DNA of 64,000 nucleotides from Bacteroidota bacterium (GCA_030706405.1 JAUZOO010000004.1:246765-310764), one strand, 5' to 3'. Shown: positions 1 to 9,658, counted from the stretch's first letter. Notes: generated from the sequence alone by a model not told the origin. Numbers and translations: made by a program.

Positions 1-2
1 AC

Positions 3-1361
3 AAGTTAGGAATTATGGTTTGGCAGGACATGCCCTCACCCAACTCATACACCTCTATCAACCCGCCGGCAATTGATGAAGCTGAGTTTCATTCCGAACT
101 GATGACCATGGTAAAAAAGCACTGGAACAGTCCATGCATTGTTACGTGGGTAATTTTTAACGAAGGACAGGGCGAACACAATGCCCCAACATTAGTTAAC
201 GAAGTAAGCACACTGGATCCTTCGCGGTTGGTAAACGAATCCAGTGGATGGGAGCACCAAGGATCGGGCAATATTCTGGACACCCACAGTTACCCACCCC
301 CTGCATGTCCGTCCAGTACAACACAAGCTTTGGCCTGTGGAGAATTTGGAGGTATCGGTTATGTAATCCCAGGTCATATTTGGAAGGAAGCTCCTACCTA
401 CGTTATGGTAGACAGCAAAGACAAATTCATGACCATGTATGATAATTTCACCACCGACCTCACTAATTTCAAAACAAACAATGGGTTAAGTGCTGCCGTT
501 TATACCGAAATAACCGATGTTGAAAGTGAGCTTAACGGCTTAACGACTTATGACCGGGCCGTTATAAAACCCGACATTGACAAGCTCAAAGCCTCTAACA
601 CCAAGGCAATCAACCAAAATTTATTTCTGACGGATGTATTACCAACTTCGGAAACACAGGGACACATATGGAAATACACAACCAATGCACAGGATGCCTC
701 GTCGCCCGACTGGAATAGCATTACCTTTAGCAACAACAACTGGATTTGGGGAACAGGCGGCTTTGGGACTCAAGGTACTCCCGGAAGCGTGATCCGAACA
801 ATATGGAACACCTCTGACATCTGGATGCGTCAAACTTTCTCGTTAGGCAATCTGTCTCCGGAAGCAAGGGACAGCCTTATCCTGCGGGTTCATCACGACG
901 AAAACTGCGAGATATACATAAACGGCATTTTAGCCACCTCTTTAGACGGATATACTACATCCTACACATTAGTTCCTTTATCGCAGGATGCCAAAAATCT
1001 GTTTAAAGCAAATTCCGAGAATGTCATTGCTGTGCATTGCCACCAGACCGCGGGAGGTCAATACATTGATGTTGGCATTTCGCTATTAAGCTTTCAGTCG
1101 AGGAAATATGTAGGCGTTAGCACTGTAAAAGGGGCAAAAGCTCTCGAAATCTTTCCCAACCCAACCACAGACACGATACAAATTAAGGGATTTAACAATC
1201 GGGCATTCTCTGCCCATGTAGTAAATCTTTCCGGCGTCGACCAAAATTGCCACACTCACAGCAACGGCGAGATTAATGTTTCTAACTTAAAACCAGGCGT
1301 CTATTTAATCCAGGCCAAGGCTAGCGGCGAAACCTTCTGCTCTCAATTTGTAAAACTGTAG
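3..1361 (+). CDS. Glycoside hydrolase (GH2-like TIM-barrel, C-terminal part) with a CBM-like beta-sandwich and a T9SS C-terminal sorting domain. The 5' end is cut by the window edge.
   Basis: The frame stays open to nt 3. GH2-type motifs are CIVTWVIFNEGQGE, DTHSYP and CGEFGGIG. The middle region WKYTT..DWNSITFSNNNWIWGTGGFG looks CBM-like. The last ~80 aa (LEIFPNPTTDTIQI...GVYLIQAKASGETFCSQFVKL) fit the Por/T9SS CTD pattern. Confidence 0.75.
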   Translation, partial: KLGIMVWQDMPSPNSYTSINPPAIDEAEFHSELMTMVKKHWNSPCIVTWVIFNEGQGEHNAPTLVNEVSTLDPSRLVNESSGWEHQGSGNILDTHSYPPPACPSSTTQALACGEFGGIGYVIPGHIWKEAPTYVMVDSKDKFMTMYDNFTTDLTNFKTNNGLSAAVYTEITDVESELNGLTTYDRAVIKPDIDKLKASNTKAINQNLFLTDVLPTSETQGHIWKYTTNAQDASSPDWNSITFSNNNWIWGTGGFGTQGTPGSVIRTIWNTSDIWMRQTFSLGNLSPEARDSLILRVHHDENCEIYINGILATSLDGYTTSYTLVPLSQDAKNLFKANSENVIAVHCHQTAGGQYIDVGISLLSFQSRKYVGVSTVKGAKALEIFPNPTTDTIQIKGFNNRAFSAHVVNLSGVDQNCHTHSNGEINVSNLKPGVYLIQAKASGETFCSQFVKL

Positions 1362-1379
1362 TCTGTAACCCAAGCCTTT

Positions 1380-1427
1380 CTTTTGAAGAACCTGTTGTTA
1401 CTTTTGCTAAAACAGGTTCTTCAAAAG
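1380..1427. terminator. Strong hairpin between convergent genes (putative bidirectional terminator)
   Basis: 17-bp perfect inverted repeat cttttgaagaacctgtt / aacaggttcttcaaaag with a 14-nt loop. There is no clean U-tract. Confidence 0.55.
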
Positions 1428-1457
1428 ATAATGCTAACCTTTATCAACAGAGCTGTA

Positions 1458-4400
1458 TTATCCTCCCAACTCAGCCATTAAAGAATTCTCCAGTACTTTC
1501 CAATAACGAGAAAGCTCATTGGACAGCCCAACAATCCGATAAGCTTCGGCTACACGGATCGTTTCGTGCAACATCACCAGGTAAAGGCGTATATCATAAT
1601 CAACTCCGTTCCGATAACCGATTGGCAGGGATCGAAAATAATCCAGAGAAGCCCGTGAAACCTCGGCTAACTTTTGAAGCAAAGCCTCTCCCCTCTTTTG
1701 TTCTCCGGCTGCCAGGTATAGCTCGGCCAAAGCCGGCACCTGATGATCAAATGCGACTCGTTCGTTAGGAAGGATTGTCATAATTTTATCCAACACATCA
1801 ACGGCCTTTTGCTTTTTGCCTTCAGCCAGAAGCGCACAGGCTAAATCTGCGAATTTACTGCGCAACGCCACAACCGACAGCGTGTAGATATGCGTATTAT
1901 CGAGATAAACCTTTGGATTGGCAAGCGACGTCCACGAGAAACGTTTCATCAATTTCTGATACTGCAAATCCGTATCCATCAAACCTATGTTCGATTCATC
2001 CCGGGCGTCGGCTCGGTACGGCACTAACCGGAATGCATACCCATCGGGTTGAAGATACTGGTTAATGCCAAGTTCCGTTGGCACCTGCATAGAGGCAAAA
2101 TATACCGGCCGCTCCCAATTATTCGATGCCAAAATATCGATCAACACAAGGTCATCCATCCGAAGGTCAGATCCCTTTATCGTTAGATGAACCGAATCGA
2201 CACTTTTCAATTGTTTATCGGTACGCAAAGCTCCAGACTTCAGCGCATTTACACGGTTAACCCTCAGTTCAACCTTTCGGGAAGGAATATAATTAAACAT
2301 CTTTCCGCCCTGCGAACTCACTTTGGCGCGGGCATCGTCGCTCCCGGCAAAGGCCAGAAGATCATTCACGTCCACCGCGCTATCGGTACGCTCCATAACC
2401 GGCAGGTACGTGCGCTTACCACTTACAAGCTTCTCTTCGGAAAGTGTCATTTTAAGCCCGGGACTATTATGCGACGGCTTTCGCATCTGGTTCACATACC
2501 AGTCGGCACTGAGGTACGGGAGCAATACAATACGCACATCACGACGGATGCCTTCTACCTCCTGCGCGTACCAAAGCGGATAGGTATCGTTATCGGCATT
2601 GGTAAATAAGATGGCATTCGGAGCACACGATTCGAGATAGTTTCGGGCATATTCGAGTACGGCATATCGTCCGGAGCGGTCGTGGTCGTCCCAGTTTTGA
2701 ACCGTCATCAGCACCGGAACGCCCAGCGAGACAGTCGAAGCCACTCCTACGGCCCAACCGGTGTTTAACTTTACCTTCCGAACCAGGAAATCGGCCAGCC
2801 ACATCACCCCAAGGCCAATCCATACGGCAAACGCATAAAACGAACCCACATAAACATAATCGCGTTCGCGTGGCGTGACCGGCACTTCGTTCAAAAAAAC
2901 AACGATGGCGATACCGGTAAAGAAAAACAAAAGCCCCAGCACCAAAAAATTCCGCAAGTTCGAACGATAATGAAAGAAAAAGCCAAACATCCCAAGCAAT
3001 AATGGCAAACAATAATAGACATTGTGTCCGGGATTGGTTTTCAGGTTAGCCGGAAGTTTATCCTGCGCGCCAAGCCTGGCATTATCAAGAAACGGAATCC
3101 CTGAAATCCAGTTTCCGTAAAGCACGTTTCCGTGACCGAGAATATCATTCTGTCGACCGACAAAATTCCACATGAAATAACGGAAATACATAAAGCCCAG
3201 CTGGTACCTCAAAAAGAACCGAAGATTTTCCCCAAAAGTTGGCAACATTATCTGCTGAGTCTGTCCATTAGGCGAGGTTACGGAATACGGCTTCCCCCTG
3301 AACGAAACCCATTGTTTATAAGCTTCGGCATCGCCCGGAGTAAGGCTCGCCATACGTGGGAAAAGCATCAGCGTATTGGCATCAAAAACATAATCGGGAT
3401 TTAAAGGCATGGTAACGTATTTCCCGTTAAACCGCTCATAACTGCTGCGGTCTTTCGTATCTATCACCGGCGAAGCGAACGAATTGCCATAAAATAACGG
3501 CCGACTGCCGTACTGCTCGCGGTTCAGATAATTTTCAAGAGCAAACGGGTCTTCGGGATTACCCATATCCACCGGAGGATTGTCGTGCGAACGGATAATT
3601 ATCAGGCTATACGACGAAAAGCCCAGCATAACAAGCGACAGGTAAATAATTCCGTTATACAGCAGCACTTTCCCTTTACGCCGAAAGTAATAGAGCCCCA
3701 AACCAATAACAGCTACAATGACAGCTCCGCCAATCGCGAAACCTGAATTATAGGGAAGATTCAGACTATTTACCGAGAAAAACTCAATCCACGAAAAAAA
3801 GATAGGAATACCGGGAATGAGTACATAAAGAATACCGCCCAGAATGGCCGAGCCAATCGCAATAGCAATGAATGCGTTCGTCCATGTAAGCGGATGCTTT
3901 TTAAGATAGTACAACAGTACAATTGCCGGAATGGCTAATAAATTGAGCAGGTGTACGCCAATGGCCAGTCCTACGAGATAAGCAATGAGCAACAACCACC
4001 GTTCAGAACCGGGCATGTCGGCATTCTCCTCCCATTTGAGGGCCAGCCAGAAGACCGCTGCCGTAAATAACGATGAAAGCGCATACACCTCGGTTTCGAC
4101 AGCCGAAAACCAAAACGAATCGGACACCGCATAAGCCATTGAGCCCGCCAAACCCGAGAAGAGCACCAGTATTTTCTGCCGGTTTGTGACCTCGCCTGAG
4201 GCGGGCAATAACTTGCGGGCAAACCACGTGATGGTCCAAAACAAAAACATGATGGTTAGCCCGCTGGCAATTGCCGACAGGGCATTGCTCAACCAAACCT
4301 CGCGGGCAGGATTTCCGCCGGCAAACAGCATAGCAACGTGCCCCAACAGGGTAAACATCGGCGCTCCCGACGGATGACATACTTCCAGACCTTTGGCACA

Positions 4401-4538
4401 CGACAGGAACTCGCCGCAATCCCAAAAACTCACGGTAGGTTCTAATGTTGCCAGGTATATAAACGACGAAAGCAGGAATACCGCTACTCCTGCCAGATTG
4501 TTCCAACGGCGAAAATTAATCGAATGGTTCATGAGCAT
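1458..4538 (-). CDS. DUF2723 / GT117-like polytopic membrane protein (PMT-like glycosyltransferase family) with a TPR-like C-terminus
   Basis: 1026-aa ORF. The N-terminal half has many hydrophobic helices and the SFWDCGEF...HPSGAPMF motif typical of DUF2723. The C-terminus is helical-repeat. Confidence 0.75.
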   Translation of the reverse strand: MLMNHSINFRRWNNLAGVAVFLLSSFIYLATLEPTVSFWDCGEFLSCAKGLEVCHPSGAPMFTLLGHVAMLFAGGNPAREVWLSNALSAIASGLTIMFLFWTITWFARKLLPASGEVTNRQKILVLFSGLAGSMAYAVSDSFWFSAVETEVYALSSLFTAAVFWLALKWEENADMPGSERWLLLIAYLVGLAIGVHLLNLLAIPAIVLLYYLKKHPLTWTNAFIAIAIGSAILGGILYVLIPGIPIFFSWIEFFSVNSLNLPYNSGFAIGGAVIVAVIGLGLYYFRRKGKVLLYNGIIYLSLVMLGFSSYSLIIIRSHDNPPVDMGNPEDPFALENYLNREQYGSRPLFYGNSFASPVIDTKDRSSYERFNGKYVTMPLNPDYVFDANTLMLFPRMASLTPGDAEAYKQWVSFRGKPYSVTSPNGQTQQIMLPTFGENLRFFLRYQLGFMYFRYFMWNFVGRQNDILGHGNVLYGNWISGIPFLDNARLGAQDKLPANLKTNPGHNVYYCLPLLLGMFGFFFHYRSNLRNFLVLGLLFFFTGIAIVVFLNEVPVTPRERDYVYVGSFYAFAVWIGLGVMWLADFLVRKVKLNTGWAVGVASTVSLGVPVLMTVQNWDDHDRSGRYAVLEYARNYLESCAPNAILFTNADNDTYPLWYAQEVEGIRRDVRIVLLPYLSADWYVNQMRKPSHNSPGLKMTLSEEKLVSGKRTYLPVMERTDSAVDVNDLLAFAGSDDARAKVSSQGGKMFNYIPSRKVELRVNRVNALKSGALRTDKQLKSVDSVHLTIKGSDLRMDDLVLIDILASNNWERPVYFASMQVPTELGINQYLQPDGYAFRLVPYRADARDESNIGLMDTDLQYQKLMKRFSWTSLANPKVYLDNTHIYTLSVVALRSKFADLACALLAEGKKQKAVDVLDKIMTILPNERVAFDHQVPALAELYLAAGEQKRGEALLQKLAEVSRASLDYFRSLPIGYRNGVDYDIRLYLVMLHETIRVAEAYRIVGLSNELSRYWKVLENSLMAELGG

Positions 4539-4602
4539 ACTTTTTTATTTCAGTACACTCGTTGGTGAAAAGGTTCACATAAGAAAGAAGCCTATGCTTC
4601 CT

Positions 4603-4634
4603 AAAACAAAATGGGCGAAGTTTTCACTTCGCCC
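4603..4634 (-). terminator. Rho-independent terminator after the RES gene
   Basis: Stem gggcgaagt/acttcgccc (9 bp, loop tttc). On the minus strand it is followed by TTTTGTTTT. Confidence 0.7.
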
Positions 4635-4688
4635 AACGTACTGCGTTTATATCTTGTTGGTACAATCTACGGTCATCTGAGGATTATT

Positions 4689-5540
4689 TTAACAAATTTT
4701 CCATACAAATCTAGAATTAAATGCACCCAATTCATTTGAATAGTGCGTATTAATCACCAAAGGCTCCCCATTTTGAATTGTATATTTAAATACTGCAGCT
4801 TCTCGAAGTTCCATATATTCCTCTACTGCTGATGGCAATAATGCAAAATTTCTTCCTTGATAATCTGTCCGAACACTTGGATAACATATCCCATTTAACT
4901 TCTCATTTAGAACATAATCTGTATAAATTGAACTGATTTTATAATCATGATGATTGTTGATATTTGCTTTTGCAAACTCATTTGAAAAGAAGGATAACAA
5001 ATTTTGGTAATTTTCTTCATTTAGTTCTGTATCCTGAATCTTTTGAACCCATAATTCAAATCTATTTTTTAATTCATCGACTGTAAAATAGTTCTCACTA
5101 AAACAAATATCTGCAACTTCAAAATCATCTATTACGATCCAACGACCGACTGTCATTGTAGTTTCAAAATTAGACTTTGATATATTGCGAAATTGTTCTA
5201 CTAATTCTGAAAATAATACTATTGTCGGATGTTTGATATCCCTAGTCGGAGAAGAGCCATAGAACATTGATTGAAAAGGTCTATTAGCTCTCCCATATTT
5301 GTCAATTTTTTCAATATCTGTTCGATAACTTATTTCACATTCAGAAGAAAACATGCGTCCTTCATGACTGATTCTACCTCTCTCTATAATTTCTCCCTTT
5401 TTAATTATTGAAGTCAATATTGGAAGTCTAATCCCATTTTTATGAAGTGTATAAATAATTTTATCACGTGAGACATGCTGTAAATCTGTATTCTTTAATA
5501 ATTGTATGAATTCTTGAAATGTCATGTATGATGTTGTCAT
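4689..5540 (-). CDS. RES domain-containing protein (NAD+-targeting toxin family)
   Basis: 283 aa. Candidate R-E-S triad: GRANRPFQSMFYGS (Arg), VLFSELVEQF (Glu), GICYPSVRTDYQGRNFALLP (Ser). The gene is very AT-rich compared with its flanks. Confidence 0.7.
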   Translation of the reverse strand: MTTSYMTFQEFIQLLKNTDLQHVSRDKIIYTLHKNGIRLPILTSIIKKGEIIERGRISHEGRMFSSECEISYRTDIEKIDKYGRANRPFQSMFYGSSPTRDIKHPTIVLFSELVEQFRNISKSNFETTMTVGRWIVIDDFEVADICFSENYFTVDELKNRFELWVQKIQDTELNEENYQNLLSFFSNEFAKANINNHHDYKISSIYTDYVLNEKLNGICYPSVRTDYQGRNFALLPSAVEEYMELREAAVFKYTIQNGEPLVINTHYSNELGAFNSRFVWKIC

Positions 5541-5589
5541 TTATCATTTTGCAGCCAACGGGTGGCGGTATGTGCTTTTTAAATCCTAT

Positions 5590-6183
5590 TCATTTTAACC
5601 CCAATTTTCTGTTTTCTTTTAATAATCCTATTGATTCTTTCAATCTATTAAGGATTGTTTCTTCTCTTTTGGCGTTAGTAATCCAAAGTATATAATGTCG
5701 TTTATAAGTCTGGGCAAGATTATTGAAATTTGTCAATGCAGGTTCATTTTCAGATAATGCTCTTAGGATAAAATCTGGAACCTGAAATTCTTTTTTTTCT
5801 CCATCTTTTTTTGACCCATTACTTTCCCAATCAACTCTTCCCGTTTTTAAGTAAATATCAATTTTTTCTAGTCCTGCTTCTGTCATTTTACCTTTTTCTA
5901 TCAACGAAAGCACTATTTTTTTATTTAAATCCGACCATTGGGAAATATTAGTTCTCGGTGTAAATTTTCTCACATATTGGTCAACGTCCACTTTTTTTAT
6001 AATACTATCAATCCATCCAAAACACAGTGCTTCTTCCAGAGCTTCAGTATATTTTATGCATCCAATATTTTTTTGTTTTCTATAAAATATCATCCAAATG
6101 CCAATACTTTCATTATGATTCTTCTCTAACCAATTTCGAAAAGATTCTCTACTGTTAAAATATATATGCTCAAGTTCTCTCAT
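5590..6183 (-). CDS. YdeI/OmpD-associated (OmdA, DUF1801-related) family protein
   Basis: 197 aa. N-terminus FRNWLEKNH..GIWMIFYRK...EALCFGWIDS and C-terminus YILWITNAKREETILNRLKESIGLL match the YdeI-family pattern. AT-rich; 49 nt upstream of the RES gene on the same strand. Confidence 0.7.
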   Translation of the reverse strand: MRELEHIYFNSRESFRNWLEKNHNESIGIWMIFYRKQKNIGCIKYTEALEEALCFGWIDSIIKKVDVDQYVRKFTPRTNISQWSDLNKKIVLSLIEKGKMTEAGLEKIDIYLKTGRVDWESNGSKKDGEKKEFQVPDFILRALSENEPALTNFNNLAQTYKRHYILWITNAKREETILNRLKESIGLLKENRKLGLK

Positions 6184-6587
6184 CTCGGTCTTTTTAGCAT
6201 TGCCGGTAACATCTCAGTAATCGCATTGTTATTATATCTGCATTATCCTAAATGTTCGCCGTACTAAATTAGTGTTATTCCCCAATGTTGTTTATCTTTT
6301 TGTTAAAAAATAGAAAATATTTACCCGTTCTATACCTCAGATATTACTGGCAAATCGGGGCTTTATCATCATATTTCAGCCTTTTTCAGCCATCACCCAA
6401 CAAAAAGTTATTAACAACCTACCCTTTAGCCGATTGACCTTTTAAATTTTTTACTATTTTGCCTTACGATTAAATATTCGCTGTTTCCCTTTTAAACACG
6501 GGCAGCGATGATGTTAAACAAATTAAGTACTGGCTATATGGCAATTATCTAAATAAATCAATTTATCAACATTCAAAATTTCAAAGT

Positions 6588-6971
6588 ATGGCAATTAAAT
6601 TTAAAGTTATTGAAAGAGGTCAGCCAGGAGTAGCTGGCGGTGGCGAGAAAAAGTTCTATGCCAACCCTGTTATGGATGGCGAATTATCGCTAAATGATCT
6701 GACCAAGTCGATCGAAAAAATTTGTACGGTAAGCGGTGCCGACATCCGTGCCGTGTTGTATGCCTTAGTGGATGTTTCGGTGGATAGCCTCTCTGATGGC
6801 ACCATTGTCCGCCTGGGCGATCTTGGCAGCTTGCGCGTAAGCCTCAGCTCCGAGGGCAAGGCTAAAGCCGAAGAAGTATCGGCTGCGGCAATAAAAAACG
6901 CCAGCGTAATTTTTACCCCCAGCACCCGCATTAGAGACATGCTTGCTTCGGCAAAATTCAAAAAAGAATAG
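6588..6971 (+). CDS. HU-related histone-like DNA-binding protein (Bacteroides HU_HIG type)
   Basis: 127 aa. The pattern MAIKFKV..R..PG..GG..KFYA...G.lsL.DL...I....T.s.aDi.aVL..L fits the Bacteroidota-specific HU-related family. Confidence 0.8.
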   Translation: MAIKFKVIERGQPGVAGGGEKKFYANPVMDGELSLNDLTKSIEKICTVSGADIRAVLYALVDVSVDSLSDGTIVRLGDLGSLRVSLSSEGKAKAEEVSAAAIKNASVIFTPSTRIRDMLASAKFKKE

Positions 6972-6973
6972 AG

Positions 6974-7020
6974 TCCCGTTTCCATGCTTAGGAAATTTAT
7001 TTTCCTAAGCACGGGATTTT
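6974..7020 (+). terminator. Intrinsic terminator of the HU-like gene
   Basis: Outer stem tcccgt/acggga plus inner stem gcttagg/cctaagc (13 bp in total, with a 6-nt internal loop), followed by TTTT. Confidence 0.65.
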
Positions 7021-7110
7021 AATTCCCTGCGCATCCGATTAAAATCCCCTAAGCATCCGATTATATTTTCCTGCGCACAAAAAAATATTCCCTGCGCAGG
7101 CGATTGCTAT
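7001..7110. repeat. Five tandem ~22-bp degenerate repeats (core CCTAAGCA / CCTGCGCA, then ~YCCGATTA)
   Basis: Core octamers start at 7004, 7026, 7048, 7070 and 7091, giving spacings of 22, 22, 22 and 21 bp. An inverted copy TGCTTAGG lies at 6985-6992. Confidence 0.85.
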
Positions 7111-7302
7111 CTTTAAATTTAGCTGCTCTTTTTCTTAGATTTCCCAATAACTTTCCCTCAGCAGAAAGACCTCCAGCAGGCAGATCACTGGCGTTAACCA
7201 ACGCATCTAATGATTAAAAATCAGAACAATAAACACCTCGAACTTGTTCTAGTAAAACTCAATTACATTACGCATAGTTTACTAATTTAAACGAAACTAC
7301 CC

Positions 7303-7626
7303 ATGGACTTAAGCACGAAGAAATGCAAACCTTGCGAAGGCGGCGTTGCCCCTTTAAATGAAAAAGAGGTGGCTGAATTTAAAAGCCTCCTCCCGGACGA
7401 CTGGACTGTCTCAGAAAACAGTAAAATAGCAAAAACCTTTTTATTTGTAAACTACCGTCACACCATAGACTTTGTAAATAAGGTGGCTGCTCTGGCCGAG
7501 GAAGAAGGGCATCATCCGGATCTGCATGTTTATTATGGCAAAGTTGTTGTCGAATTATGGACTCATTCCATTAACGGATTATCGGAAAATGATTTCATTC
7601 TCGCATCCAAAATTGAAAGACTATAA
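7303..7626 (+). CDS. phhB: Pterin-4-alpha-carbinolamine dehydratase
   Basis: 107 aa. Has the N-terminal KCKPCEGG..PL motif and the EEGHHPDL...V.V.L.TH signature of the PCD/DCoH family. Confidence 0.85.
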   Translation: MDLSTKKCKPCEGGVAPLNEKEVAEFKSLLPDDWTVSENSKIAKTFLFVNYRHTIDFVNKVAALAEEEGHHPDLHVYYGKVVVELWTHSINGLSENDFILASKIERL

Positions 7627-7658
7627 TACCTGCCGGATGAATATTACACATTGGCTTT

Positions 7659-7703
7659 AAAGCGAGAAAGCTGAAATACTTGGTATTTCAGCTTTCTCGC
7701 TTT
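7659..7703. terminator. Bidirectional terminator hairpin between phhB and purF
   Basis: 21-bp perfect stem aaagcgagaaagctgaaatac / gtatttcagctttctcgcttt with a 3-nt loop. The stem ends are A/T-rich on both sides. Confidence 0.8.
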
Positions 7704-7741
7704 ATCTCAGTACCCGTTACCGAATACTTTTGTCTTATATT

Positions 7742-9643
7742 TTAATACGCCCTGCGGTCGCGGCCTTCAACATAGTTGATAAACGATTTGTTAGCCACAT
7801 TGTTTCCACCGGGTGTTGGGTAATTACCGGTAAAATACCAGTCGCCAGTATCGTTAGGACAAGCTATGTGCAAGTTATCAACGGTCTGATAAATAACATC
7901 GAGTTCGGCCTTGGTTTCAGAAGTACGCAGCATCGAAGCTATTTTCTTCGAAATCTGCTCCGGCGAAAACGGCTCATAAATAGCCTTTACGTGATTTTCT
8001 ATCTGTCCCTTAGGCAGGCTTTGCGATTCCTTGCAACGCTTATAAACTTCGTTGATAACATTCGTTTTCCCGGTATCCTTAAGCAATGCGATAGCCGCCT
8101 GAAAAGCAATAAAATCGCCCAACTTGGCCATATCAATGCCATAACAGTCGGGGTAACGAATTTGTGGCGACGACGAAACGATCACGATTTTCTTAGGCTC
8201 CAGACGGTCGAGAATCTTTATAATACTCTGTTTTAACGTTGTACCACGAACGATAGAGTCATCAATAATCACGAGGTTGTCAACGCCTTTTTCGAGCGAA
8301 TCGTAAGTAATGTCATACACATGTCCAACGAGGTTGTTACGGCCTTTATCCTGGGTAATAAAAGTACGAAGCTTGGCATCCTTAATGGCTACTTTTTCAA
8401 TCCGGAATTTCTCGTTCATAATGGTATCGAGCAATTCGGGGGTAAGGTTGTTTCCGGCATCGAGGATACGCCGTTTTTTACGCTTGTTCAGGTAACTATC
8501 GGCACCTTCCACCATTCCGTAGAAAGCCGATTCGGCCGTGTTGGGTATAAACGAAAATACGGTATGGGAAACGTCGTAATCAACCGATTTAAGAATATCG
8601 GGGATAAGCAGCTCACCAAGCTTTTTGCGTTCGCGATAGATATCGCTGTCGCTGCCGCGCGAAAAATAGATACGCTCAAACGAGCAGGATTTACGAGGTT
8701 TCGAATCGCGAACCTGTTCGAGGGTAACGTTGCCGTTTTTCTTTATGATAAGGGCGTGTCCGGGCGTCAATTCCTTAACATCCGAAGCTTTTAAGTTAAA
8801 TGCAGTTTGAATAACCGGGCGTTCGGAAGCAACTACAGCCACTTCGTCGTCGTGATAATAAAATGCAGGGCGAATGCCCCATGGGTCGCGGCATACGAAA
8901 GCGTCGCCATGGCCCATGATACCGGCAATGGCATATCCGCCGTCCCACCGTTTGCTCGATTCTTTAAGTATCGAACCCACGTTCAAATTTTCGGCTATCA
9001 GTTTGGTTATTTCGTCATTTTCTTTGCCTTCGGACTTAAACTTGTCAAAAAGTTTCTGCACCTGACGATCCTGAAAATGTCCAACATTTTCGAGTACGGT
9101 AACTGTATCGGAAAAATCTTTAGGGTGCTGACCAAGAGCTACAAGCACATCAAAAAGCTCATCGACATTGGTAAGGTTAAAGTTACCGGCAAGTGCCAGG
9201 TTACGGGTTTTCCAGTTATTTACACGAAGTACCGGGTGAACGTTATTAATGCTGTTGTTGCCGAAAGTGCCGTAACGAAGGTGGCCGAGATAAATTTCTG
9301 CAGCAAACGGAAGATGGCTTTTGGCAGCGCTGGCATCGTCCATAATTCCGGGATGAGCTTTGGTTACTTCATCAAAATCATGGTATATTTTTCTGAAGAT
9401 ATGATCGATAGAATTCTCTTCGATCGAACGGTGCCGGTGAATATATTCGTTTCCGGGATCAGTGTCAAATTTAAGACTTACCAGTCCTGCGCCGTCCTGT
9501 CCGCGGTTGCGTTGTTTTTCCATCAACAGGTACAGCTTTTGCAAGCCATACATCCAAGTTCCATATTTCAACTGGTAATACTCTAGGGGCTTTAGCAGCC
9601 TAACCATGGCAATACCGCAATCATGCTCCAACGCATCGGTCAT
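7742..9643 (-). CDS. purF: Amidophosphoribosyltransferase (long Bacteroidota form)
   Basis: 633 aa. Has the N-terminal nucleophile context HDCGIAMV (Ntn amidotransferase) and the PRTase motif LVIIDDSIVRGTT. Confidence 0.9.
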   Translation of the reverse strand: MTDALEHDCGIAMVRLLKPLEYYQLKYGTWMYGLQKLYLLMEKQRNRGQDGAGLVSLKFDTDPGNEYIHRHRSIEENSIDHIFRKIYHDFDEVTKAHPGIMDDASAAKSHLPFAAEIYLGHLRYGTFGNNSINNVHPVLRVNNWKTRNLALAGNFNLTNVDELFDVLVALGQHPKDFSDTVTVLENVGHFQDRQVQKLFDKFKSEGKENDEITKLIAENLNVGSILKESSKRWDGGYAIAGIMGHGDAFVCRDPWGIRPAFYYHDDEVAVVASERPVIQTAFNLKASDVKELTPGHALIIKKNGNVTLEQVRDSKPRKSCSFERIYFSRGSDSDIYRERKKLGELLIPDILKSVDYDVSHTVFSFIPNTAESAFYGMVEGADSYLNKRKKRRILDAGNNLTPELLDTIMNEKFRIEKVAIKDAKLRTFITQDKGRNNLVGHVYDITYDSLEKGVDNLVIIDDSIVRGTTLKQSIIKILDRLEPKKIVIVSSSPQIRYPDCYGIDMAKLGDFIAFQAAIALLKDTGKTNVINEVYKRCKESQSLPKGQIENHVKAIYEPFSPEQISKKIASMLRTSETKAELDVIYQTVDNLHIACPNDTGDWYFTGNYPTPGGNNVANKSFINYVEGRDRRAY

Positions 9644-9658
9644 CTGAAATCCTTCTTT

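Noticed and set aside
2187-4506. Several 80-167-aa ORFs on both strands within the DUF2723 gene
   Set aside because: All are nested in, or antisense to, the 1026-aa membrane-protein ORF. Their Arg/Cys/Gly-rich translations are typical of out-of-frame reading of GC-richer coding DNA.
7730-9586. Long plus-strand ORFs (168, 157 and 259 aa) inside the purF locus
   Set aside because: They lie antisense to a gene with unmistakable PurF motifs. Their translations are low-complexity, with no recognisable motif or signal. These are typical shadow ORFs.
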